Assembly: GCA_046292385.1 (NCBI GenBank) | Contig: JBKBRF010000006.1 | Coordinates: 128,001 to 192,000, forward strand | Origin: Armatimonadota bacterium | GTDB lineage: Bacteria; Armatimonadota; SYMT01 | Reading direction: 5' to 3' | Length of the DNA: 64,000 nt | In this document: piece after piece, positions 32,809 through 40,881 of the stretch | How positions within the stretch are numbered: position 1 is the stretch's first letter | How the letters are laid out: every line of letters starts with the position of its first letter | Program-made: the position numbers and the translations under genes | Notes under the pieces: generated by a model | Told to the model about the DNA's origin: nothing | The model's database searches: none | Seen by the model: only the letters and a program-made list of their open reading frames with translations

Positions 32809-34044
32809 GTGCAACTCGGAAACTATCCAGACGACCCAACACCAGGCACTCTGGTGACGATAAAGAAGAGGATTGACGATGCAGTAAGCAGTGTGCTCCG
32901 CCTCACGGAATCGTCGACGAAGCTTGCGGCCAGTTCAAACCGAGTTGCCACGCAGTTCTTAGATCCAAATTCGCTCCAGGGGAGATTCTGGGGGCAATCG
33001 GCAAGGTTCTCAGTGGCGGTAGCAGAGCGAACACAAGATGTCGAACTGGCCATCCAAGAACGGCGGCTCAATGCGCTAATCGGAAGCACAACTCTCCATC
33101 CGATCTCGATCACTCAAGGTGATGTAACTGCGCACATAAGACCGTTGAGAAGTCCGACCGTGATTTGGACGGGTTTGGGTGTTCCACGCGCCTTGGCTGA
33201 TTGCCTGTTCATACGCACCGAGTGGCGTGTCACTGTATCGGGTAGTGCGCCCAGAGATGTGAGCATCCTTCACTCGGTCATGCTCAACCTCCCTAATGAG
33301 CAGCGTCAGATCACATTGGCGGAGACTAACGCCCCCCGGTACTTGGACTCCAGTGGCGAAATCATCGATCCCTTTGCATCCGTACCTCGGAAGAATAGCA
33401 CCCGAAGTTCACTTAAGAAGCAAACCTTTGATGGAATCACGAGGGAACTACGAAGAATACGCACGACGCTTCCCGCTCTCCCGCGGCTACCAGCTAACTT
33501 CCGCCCGCATCTCTTTCACCGAGATTATAACCTGGTTTTCGTGGGCAGAACTCTTCCGAAGCGCCGGCAGCGATTCCCGCTTTGGGTTGGGCCTATCTTT
33601 CATAATCAAGGCATTCGCCTGAAGAAGGAGCACCTTGTGCCGGAGATACGGAACGGAATCGAGACGCAGGGCGTAAGGCTCCAGGAAATCACTTTTAGCT
33701 ATGGTTTTATTGGCCTGAAGGTGCATAGGCATGATCGCTACCGCTTCTTATGGGTAACCATAGACACGGACGTGTGGCTAACGTTTGAGTTAAGGTTTCC
33801 ACAGGTTGCGCCAGCACTGCTCCGCAGCAGGGCGCAGCAAGTGGCTTACCATTGGAAGTATGAACTAAAGAACTGCTGGCCGATATGCGACGAAGTCGGG
33901 GAGTATGTTCAGGGGCGAATTGAATCCGAGATCAGGAGACACCGCGTCTTGACATTCCCTTTCCAAGATTTGCGTAGTTCCGCTACGGAAGCTCAAGCAG
34001 GAGTCACCCCGTACGGGGTTGCAATCACGATGGAGGTTCGCTGA
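32809..34044 (+). CDS. Hypothetical protein (411 aa)
   Basis: Long ORF in lower-GC DNA, AGGGA RBS, 14 nt after the previous stop. Confidence 0.75.
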   Translation: MQLGNYPDDPTPGTLVTIKKRIDDAVSSVLRLTESSTKLAASSNRVATQFLDPNSLQGRFWGQSARFSVAVAERTQDVELAIQERRLNALIGSTTLHPISITQGDVTAHIRPLRSPTVIWTGLGVPRALADCLFIRTEWRVTVSGSAPRDVSILHSVMLNLPNEQRQITLAETNAPRYLDSSGEIIDPFASVPRKNSTRSSLKKQTFDGITRELRRIRTTLPALPRLPANFRPHLFHRDYNLVFVGRTLPKRRQRFPLWVGPIFHNQGIRLKKEHLVPEIRNGIETQGVRLQEITFSYGFIGLKVHRHDRYRFLWVTIDTDVWLTFELRFPQVAPALLRSRAQQVAYHWKYELKNCWPICDEVGEYVQGRIESEIRRHRVLTFPFQDLRSSATEAQAGVTPYGVAITMEVR

Positions 34045-34045
34045 C

Positions 34046-34858
34046 ATGGCTGACACTTTTATTTGGCGAATGGACGGCACTGCTCATAAGTCGTCAGTCG
34101 ATCGCCTGCGACAGGAGATTATACACGCCCACACTTCCCAGACCCCCTTGGCCATCTCCATAATCCTTAACGCCCTGCCAGTAGAGTCTCCGCAGAGTGG
34201 CGCTGCTGTAAAGAGAGGTGCGTTCAAGATCACGGGGAAGCAGTTCGAGAACGTCGGTAGCAAGGAGTTGCGGATGCAGTTCAGCGACCCAGCACTAAAA
34301 GATTTCACCGTTACCATACCGAAGCGGATTAGTGGTGCAATCGACAGCACAACCCCTGCTCTCCGTATCAGCTTTGACAGTTTGCTCTTAGCGGACATAC
34401 CTCGGCTGGCCGAGTTAGGGATCAATAGGTCTCGGTTTCAGCGAGTAACGGGTTTCGAGTTGTCTGCCGCTACATCGGTAACCTTTCTCGCCGACGATCT
34501 TAATCCAGACAGGTTAACATGGATTGACGTTGCGCTGACAGATGCGGCCCACCGAGCATCCACGGCGGCGACCCTAATGGAGTTGGCGATGATGGCCCCG
34601 CAGCTCGCGCGGTGTCCCGAGGTCGGGGAGGTAATGCCTGTTGCATTGAGAGCGGATGATCCGTGCTGTGGTGATGAGGAAGAGAAGATATGGTACGTCG
34701 GGCGCCGTCACGGCACCGAAGGGCAGCGCCTTTGCGAGATTGCGTGCCATAAATTCATCGTTGGCGGGCAGGTGGCGTACGACAATGTTTGGGGCCCCGA
34801 CACCAAGAAAGGCTGCAATGACTATGAGGCCTTGAACTGTCCAGGCGGGCTGTGTTGA
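34046..34858 (+). CDS. Hypothetical protein with Cys-rich C-terminal domain
   Basis: GGAGG RBS; 8 Cys in the last ~82 aa, ends in Cys. Confidence 0.75.
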   Translation: MADTFIWRMDGTAHKSSVDRLRQEIIHAHTSQTPLAISIILNALPVESPQSGAAVKRGAFKITGKQFENVGSKELRMQFSDPALKDFTVTIPKRISGAIDSTTPALRISFDSLLLADIPRLAELGINRSRFQRVTGFELSAATSVTFLADDLNPDRLTWIDVALTDAAHRASTAATLMELAMMAPQLARCPEVGEVMPVALRADDPCCGDEEEKIWYVGRRHGTEGQRLCEIACHKFIVGGQVAYDNVWGPDTKKGCNDYEALNCPGGLC

Positions 34859-34907
34859 GCTTCTAGAGGTCGCACAACTGGTCCTGCAATGTCGGTGAAT
34901 TGATGAA

Positions 34908-35609
34908 ATGAAGCCACCGCTTTCGTTCGTATACCGGTTAGGTTTCCATTGGCAGCTACGTGTCGCTCGGTGGGCTCCCCCCGCCCTAGGGGCTGTTTCC
35001 GGTAGCTTGGTAGGTTATGGAGGCAGCGGTGGGCAGGTGCTTAGCTGGATCGCCGTATACGCGTTCGCCGCTTGGGGTGTGGGGTTCGCTTTGGGGTCCA
35101 GATGGAGAACTCTGCGGAAACTAGTACGGGGGCCAATACGCGGAGAGCCATCTTGGACAGGGGGTGCACTCGCAGCGCTTGGTGGCACCGCCATCACGTT
35201 GTGGCTCTCGCATTCAAGAATATCTTATCTAGTTTTTTTCCTAGCAGGAGTCGCGCTGAACATCGCTTACCTTGGCGCGAAGGTGCGGTGCAAAGTTTTT
35301 CGCTGCTGTGAACCGTCTCGACGACCCGTTACCAACGTTGGAAAGGTCTTCGCTGAGTCCCTCCAGGATCTCGAATTTGCTTTGAGCCTCGCCGTTGTTA
35401 CAGTGGCGTTGCTCCTATGCGACGGGGGCGTACAGCGCTACGAGTTGCCAACTCCTTATCTGGGTCACGCAGCGATTCGCTTTATGGATTGGCAGTTGCG
35501 TTTGCCACTTCGCGGATGGTGCCGCAATGCTCTGGATATCGGGACCGGAGGGTTTGCCATCATAGGGGTTGCCGGAGCGTTGTTACTTGATCGCGCATCT
35601 GGTAAGTAG
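34908..35609 (+). CDS. Membrane protein, divergent Lgt (prolipoprotein diacylglyceryl transferase)-like
   Basis: Multi-TM; PSWTGG, AKVRCKVFRCC, SLQDLE and YLGHAAIRFMDWQLR occur in the order of Lgt motifs. Confidence 0.55.
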   Translation: MKPPLSFVYRLGFHWQLRVARWAPPALGAVSGSLVGYGGSGGQVLSWIAVYAFAAWGVGFALGSRWRTLRKLVRGPIRGEPSWTGGALAALGGTAITLWLSHSRISYLVFFLAGVALNIAYLGAKVRCKVFRCCEPSRRPVTNVGKVFAESLQDLEFALSLAVVTVALLLCDGGVQRYELPTPYLGHAAIRFMDWQLRLPLRGWCRNALDIGTGGFAIIGVAGALLLDRASGK

Positions 35610-35659
35610 CGCGCAGGTTCAGGCAGCGAGGGGTCGCCGGGCGAGCCCTGGCTTCCGCC

Positions 35660-36082
35660 GGGGCCGATAGTGCTGCAACCGGTCTAGGCTCCAGCAGCCA
35701 AACGGCAGCCCGAAGGCCTGCGGATCGGTCAGGGCCGTGGCGATCACTCCCGCCACTCGCTCCGGCGTGTAGGTCGGAGGCATCCCGACCGCGGTTTCTC
35801 CTGCAGCCCCACCAGCCCGCGGGTATTGAACTGCTTGAGGCAGTGCCGCACCCGCGGTTCGGAGCGCCCCACGCGCCACGCCACCGCTGGCACCCGCTCC
35901 CCTTGGACCAGTTGCCAGATCAGCTGCGCCCGCTCGACCCCGCGGGCTGATGCCGTGCAGGGATGGGCGAGTGCGCGCACCTGCTCCCGCTCTTCTGTTG
36001 TTAGATCCTTTACTCGTAGCGCCACCCCCGGATCTTAGCCGATCGGCAGGATTCTGTTCAGCACTTCCCGGATGCACCACTA
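35660..36082 (-). mobile_element. IS630-family transposase remnant (frameshifted HTH region only)
   Basis: LTTEEREQVRAL...RAQLI...FNTRGLVGLQEKPRSG then frameshift to PPTYTPE...GLPFGCWSLDRL; TAGTGGTGCATCC end at 36082; no DDE domain. Confidence 0.8.
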
Positions 36083-36122
36083 AGGTAGGGAGTTAGATGA
36101 TGAGCAACGAGAGGAGCCGCCC

Positions 36123-36740
36123 ATGAGCCAGTATCCCGGACCGCCGCCGCCCGCCGAGCCCCAGCGGCGGGGAACCCCCGGGTGGGTGTGGGCGCTCGCC
36201 GGCTGCGGCGGCTGCGCCGTCGTGGCGCTGATCGTGGTAGTAGTGGCTTCCGTCTTCATCACCCGCACGGTGCAGCAGGCGTTCGACACCGGGCCGGTGG
36301 ACCGTGCTTCGATTCAGCAGGCATTCGGGTCCGACGTGCCGCTCTACCCCGGCAGCACGGTAGACGAGGATGCCACCCGGATCATTCGCGGATCGCTGAA
36401 GCTGGTTGGCAGCCTGGCCGGATCCGAGTTGGAAGCGGCGAGCCTGCAGACGTCCGACGCTCCGGAGGAAATCTACGCCTTCTACGACGAGCGCCTTCCG
36501 AAGCTCGGCTGGAAGCGGCTGGAGCAGGCCCCGGCGGCGGATCAGGACACGCGGGTCTACGAGAAGGGCGAGCTGCAGATCCACCTCACGGTGACGCAAG
36601 ACGAGAACAACCCGGCGTCTACCCAGATCCTGATGATGCGGGGCCCGGCGAAGCTGCTGAAGGACGTGGGGAGCAGCGACACTCCGCCGGAAGGGAACCC
36701 GGAAGAGGAAGCACCCTCCGCGAACGCGCCGGGGACGTAG
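36123..36740 (+). CDS. Hypothetical membrane-anchored protein
   Basis: WVWALAGCGGC TM segment followed by VPLYPGS soluble domain. Confidence 0.75.
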   Translation: MSQYPGPPPPAEPQRRGTPGWVWALAGCGGCAVVALIVVVVASVFITRTVQQAFDTGPVDRASIQQAFGSDVPLYPGSTVDEDATRIIRGSLKLVGSLAGSELEAASLQTSDAPEEIYAFYDERLPKLGWKRLEQAPAADQDTRVYEKGELQIHLTVTQDENNPASTQILMMRGPAKLLKDVGSSDTPPEGNPEEEAPSANAPGT

Positions 36741-36748
36741 CCGGAGGT

Positions 36749-36795
36749 CGCCGGAACGGGAGGGAGGCCAGTCCGATCTCCCTCCCGTTCCGGCG
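36749..36795. terminator. Hairpin between convergent genes
   Basis: cgccggaacgggagggag / ctccctcccgttccggcg 18-bp inverted repeat; no U-tract. Confidence 0.5.
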
Positions 36796-36808
36796 CGGTC
36801 CGACGCGA

Positions 36809-37276
36809 TCACATCGCGCGCGACCGCGGGGAGGGCTCCGAGATCTCCTCGACCGCTTCGGCCAGCTCGTCTTCGAGCGCTTCGTTACCGGCGGACGCGC
36901 GCGCCAGGTCGGCCTGGGCTACGATGCCGATCACGGTGCAGTTCTGATCCACGATCGGGATGCGGCGCACCTGATAGCTCGCCATCAGCCGGACGCACTC
37001 GTCGATCGAGGCTTCCGGTCCCAGGCTCGCGACATCCTCGGACATCGCTTGGCCGACGGTCGCCTGCTGCGGGTCGATCCGCTGCGCGACGATGCGACAG
37101 ACGATGTCTCGATCGGTGATGATGCCGGTCAGCCGCCGGTTCTGCTCGTTATCGACCACGGGGATCGCCCCGCAGTCCTCCTCCCTCATGATGCGCGCCG
37201 CCTCGACGATCGGCGTCTGAGCGGTGCAGCAGGTGGGGTCCGGGGTCATCAGGTCACGCATGGTCTGGCCTGGCAT
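36809..37276 (-). CDS. CBS domain protein
   Basis: DLMTPDP, GAIPVVD, GIITDRDI, VRRIPIVD. Confidence 0.92.
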   Translation of the reverse strand: MPGQTMRDLMTPDPTCCTAQTPIVEAARIMREEDCGAIPVVDNEQNRRLTGIITDRDIVCRIVAQRIDPQQATVGQAMSEDVASLGPEASIDECVRLMASYQVRRIPIVDQNCTVIGIVAQADLARASAGNEALEDELAEAVEEISEPSPRSRAM

Positions 37277-37397
37277 GGCTACTCCTCGCCGTTCGGGGAT
37301 GCAGGCGGACGGAATCCCGCCGTACACGCGTGCGATACCCCCGGCCGGAGCGGCGCAAACTCAAAGGTCACTGCGCTTTGCACCCCCGCAGCCCGGG

Positions 37398-37880
37398 TCA
37401 GTGCAGCGCTGCTTCCAGCCTATCGAGCGCCTGTTCGAGCGGGACTACCTCTTCCTCTTCCAGGCTCCCGTCGTCGAGCAGCTCCTTCACCGGTGCCGCC
37501 GCCGTGACCCACTCCATAAAGCCGGGCGGCGCCTGCCGGACCCGCTCGCGCATCCGCCGGAGCTGCTCTGCCAGGCGCTGGCGGACGGGCGGCGGCACCC
37601 TGGACCGCTCCACTACCTGCTGGTAATCGTTGAGGTCGCTCGCGATCCCGAGCTTCACGAAGCTTCCCCACCCGAAGTAGATGGCGAGGACGGCGATCGA
37701 GAATAGACCTGCGATGATCGCGAGAATCATCCCGTAGATCCGGCGCGGGGTAGGACGGCGCGGAACTCCGGGGCTCGCGTCGCCGGAGCCGGATCCGTGC
37801 GCCGGTGACACACTGCGCGCCACCCGGACCGAGTCGGTCGGCCGGGGCGGAGGCGGGGATGACGAGGGTGGCTGCTGCAT
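37398..37880 (-). CDS. Hypothetical membrane protein
   Basis: Pro-rich N-terminus, one TM, helical C-terminus. Confidence 0.6.
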   Translation of the reverse strand: MQQPPSSSPPPPRPTDSVRVARSVSPAHGSGSGDASPGVPRRPTPRRIYGMILAIIAGLFSIAVLAIYFGWGSFVKLGIASDLNDYQQVVERSRVPPPVRQRLAEQLRRMRERVRQAPPGFMEWVTAAAPVKELLDDGSLEEEEVVPLEQALDRLEAALH

Positions 37881-37986
37881 ACGAGGCTCCGAGTCCTCGT
37901 TCGCCGGACCAGCCCGCCTTCCTGCGGCACCGCGTAGAATGCCCTTGAGGCCGCCAGCCGTGCCGCGGCCTCAAGTGAGGAACGCC

Positions 37987-38475
37987 ATGTCACTCCCCAG
38001 GCAGATACTCGGGTTCGTCGGCTGGGTGGTCGTCAGCTTCGCTGCGGCGGCGACGGGGGGCATCGCCTCGACGCGCGCTCCGTCGTTCTACGCACAGCTC
38101 GCTCGTCCGGAGTGGGCGCCGCCGGCCTGGCTCTTCGGCCCCGTCTGGAGCGTCCTCTACCTGCTGATGGGCATCGCAGCGTGGCTCGTCTGGCGGGAGG
38201 GCGGCTTCCGCCGGCAAGCTGCCCCGCTCTCGCTCTACCTGGCCCAGCTGGTCGCCAACGCGCTTTGGACCTGGCTCTTCTTCGCCTGGCGGCAGGGAGC
38301 GCTCGCGTTTGCCGAGATCGTCCTGCTCTGGCTGCTCATCGCCGCGACCGCGGCCATGTTCTGGCGGGCAAGCAAGCCGGCCGCCCTGCTGCTCCTTCCG
38401 TACCTCGCGTGGGTCACCTATGCGGCGGCGCTCAGCTACACGCTCTGGCAGCGCAACCCCGGCGTCCTGGGCTAA
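37987..38475 (+). CDS. tspO: TspO/MBR family tryptophan-rich sensory protein
   Basis: PEWAPPAWLFGPVWSVLY, NALWTWLFF, PYLAWVTYA. Confidence 0.93.
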   Translation: MSLPRQILGFVGWVVVSFAAAATGGIASTRAPSFYAQLARPEWAPPAWLFGPVWSVLYLLMGIAAWLVWREGGFRRQAAPLSLYLAQLVANALWTWLFFAWRQGALAFAEIVLLWLLIAATAAMFWRASKPAALLLLPYLAWVTYAAALSYTLWQRNPGVLG

Positions 38476-38561
38476 GCTCGTAACCGCCGAGGGCAACGCG
38501 GGCCCCCTGTCGAACGGACGCTCGGCGCGGCTCGACAGGCGGGCCGGCAGCGGGAGCAGGC

Positions 38562-39911
38562 ATGGACTGGAAGCACATCTGGCTCTACATCAGTAACACC
38601 GACCTCGAGACCGAGCGGCGGCAGCTCGAGGAAGAGGGGAAGGAGCTCGGCCCCCTGGCGGAGGAATTCGCGCGGGTCCAGGCGCTCGACCTGGAAGACC
38701 CGGCGCACCAGCCGGCGGCGCAGTCGCTGCTCGATAAGACGATCGAGCTGCCGGTCCGCGCTGGTTTCCCCTACGAGGAGCCGTCGGACCTCGAGGGCAT
38801 CCGCGCGCTCCGGCCGGCGAGCCGCCCCCAGCTCCCGCCGCTGCGCCTCTCCGACTCCGAGCTGCTCGACCGCGCCTACGGAGCCTGGCTGGGCCGGGTG
38901 GCGGGCTGCCTCCTCGGCAAGCCGGTGGAGGGGTGGCGGCGCCCGCAGATGTGGGGTTACCTGAAGGAGACCGGGCGCTTCCCTCTCTCCGGCTACTTCA
39001 GCATGGATGCGCCCGCGGACGTGCGGGAGAAGTACGAGGTCACCGCGGAGCGGCCGTTCATCGAGACGGTCGAGTTCATGCCGGAAGACGACGACACCAA
39101 CTACACCACGACCGGCCTTGCCATCATGAAACGGCACGGCGCGGAGTTCACCCCGCGCGACGTGGCCGACTTCTGGCTCCGAGAGATCCCGATCCTCCAC
39201 ACCTGCACCGCGGAGCGGGTTGCCTACCGCAACCTCTGCCTGCTCATCCCGCCGCCCGCCTCTGCCCGCTTCCGGAACCCGTACCGGGAGTGGATCGGCG
39301 CGCAGATCCGCGCCGACTTCTGGGGCTACGCCGCGCCGGGCGATCCGCAGCGCGCCGCGGAGTACGCCTGGCGGGACGCCTGCGTCTCCCACGTGAAGAA
39401 CGGCATCTACGGTGAGATGTGGGCTGCCGCCATGATCGCCGCGGCCTTCGTGACGGACGACCTCCCCACCATCCTGGAAGCAGGCCTGGGGGAGATCCCC
39501 GCGCGCTGCCGGCTGGCGGAAGACGTCCGCGCGGTGATGGCCTGGCACCGGGAGGGCGTCTCCTACGACGACGCCTCCGAGCGGATCCACGCGAAGTGGA
39601 ACGAGACGCACGCCCACGACTGGTGCCACACGATCAGCAACGCGATGGTCGTGACCCTCGGCCTGCTCTACGGCGAGAAGCGGTTCGGCGACACGCTCAC
39701 GCGGGCGGTCCAGCCCTGCTTCGACACCGACTGCAACGGCGCCACCGCCGGCTCCGTCATCGGCATCCTCCACGGCGCGAAGGAAGTCCCCGGCGACTGG
39801 ACCGCCCCGTTCCGGGACACCCTCGCCACCGGCGTCACCGGCTACCACCGCGTCCGCCTGAAAGACATGGCGGAGGAGACGGTGCGGCTGATCCACGCCT
39901 GCGGAAGCTGA
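38562..39911 (+). CDS. ADP-ribosylglycohydrolase family protein
   Basis: GCLLGKPVEG, EDDDTNY, WIGAQIRAD, DTDCNGATAGS. Confidence 0.9.
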   Translation: MDWKHIWLYISNTDLETERRQLEEEGKELGPLAEEFARVQALDLEDPAHQPAAQSLLDKTIELPVRAGFPYEEPSDLEGIRALRPASRPQLPPLRLSDSELLDRAYGAWLGRVAGCLLGKPVEGWRRPQMWGYLKETGRFPLSGYFSMDAPADVREKYEVTAERPFIETVEFMPEDDDTNYTTTGLAIMKRHGAEFTPRDVADFWLREIPILHTCTAERVAYRNLCLLIPPPASARFRNPYREWIGAQIRADFWGYAAPGDPQRAAEYAWRDACVSHVKNGIYGEMWAAAMIAAAFVTDDLPTILEAGLGEIPARCRLAEDVRAVMAWHREGVSYDDASERIHAKWNETHAHDWCHTISNAMVVTLGLLYGEKRFGDTLTRAVQPCFDTDCNGATAGSVIGILHGAKEVPGDWTAPFRDTLATGVTGYHRVRLKDMAEETVRLIHACGS

Positions 39912-40011
39912 GGGGATGTTTCAGGTTGCAGGTTGGCAGGTTACAGGCTGGGCTCGGCCTGTCAGAGGTCGTTCGACCGGCAACGCGGTACGATAGGTTG
40001 GGAGAGCATTG

Positions 40012-40416
40012 ATGAAGACGGTTTTTCCAGACTGGATCGACCAGGTTCAGGGCGTAGACTTCACCCCGGAAAAAGGGCTGCTCAGTGAACTGGAGCAGTG
40101 GGCTGCCGAGCGCGGCTGGGAGGTATCGGACGGCAGCAGCCTGCCGTCGGAGCTGCGACAGCGGACCGACGTGCTCCTCTCCCGGCCCGGCGAAGGGCGC
40201 TACTTTCGGATTTCGGTACTGCCGAAGAGCCGCGGCAGCTCCGGTCAAATCCGGCTCGATGCCACCAGCCACGAGCCCTTCAGCCACCGGATTTTCGAGC
40301 TGATCTACCAATCGAACAAGAAGCGCTGGCGGGTGGAGGTCTCGACCGTACCGTTGGCCGATGACATTCGACAGGTTGGCTGGGACTGGCTAGAGGACCT
40401 GGCGTTTCGGCAATGA
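40012..40416 (+). CDS. Hypothetical protein
   Basis: 134-aa ORF with GGAGAG RBS; ATGA overlap with the next gene. Confidence 0.65.
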   Translation: MKTVFPDWIDQVQGVDFTPEKGLLSELEQWAAERGWEVSDGSSLPSELRQRTDVLLSRPGEGRYFRISVLPKSRGSSGQIRLDATSHEPFSHRIFELIYQSNKKRWRVEVSTVPLADDIRQVGWDWLEDLAFRQ

Positions 40417-40865
40417 GCCAACGCCATCAGGCCGCCTTCAAGGCGATCCGCCGCGAATACGATGATGTCGTGGCCGCGCTGAATAGCGCCGCACGGGAGA
40501 AGAAGCGTGGGACGCCCGGCGTGCCGCACTACGACCCCGAGCGTCTCGCGGCGGCGATCGCGACGGCCGGTGACGCCTACGCGCTGCTCCTGATCGCCAC
40601 GGCGGAAGGTTACCTGCGGGAGTATCTGCTGAGTATCGGTATTTCGCTCGGCAGTGAGCCGAAGCTGAGCACGCTCATCAGCAAGTCGTACAAGGAGATC
40701 AACCAGCGGACGAGCAGTGTCCAGCTACGCCCGAGCGAGCGGCAGGAAATGGACGACCTTCGCGTCTGCAGGAACCGCTACGCGCACGGGCATGGACGGG
40801 AGGTGTTCCCATCCGTCCCGAGAGTCGAGGGAATCGTTTCACGGTTTCTCAGGCCGTTCCAGTAA
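40413..40865 (+). CDS. Putative HEPN-domain protein
   Basis: Helical 150 aa with RNRYAH (Rx4H) near the C-terminus and upstream AEGYLRE. Confidence 0.6.
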   Translation: MSQRHQAAFKAIRREYDDVVAALNSAAREKKRGTPGVPHYDPERLAAAIATAGDAYALLLIATAEGYLREYLLSIGISLGSEPKLSTLISKSYKEINQRTSSVQLRPSERQEMDDLRVCRNRYAHGHGREVFPSVPRVEGIVSRFLRPFQ

Positions 40866-40881
40866 GCTCCACCAGAGCCGA

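Noticed and set aside
29025..36082. Composite transposon
   Set aside because: The flanking remnants belong to different IS families and no target duplication was seen.
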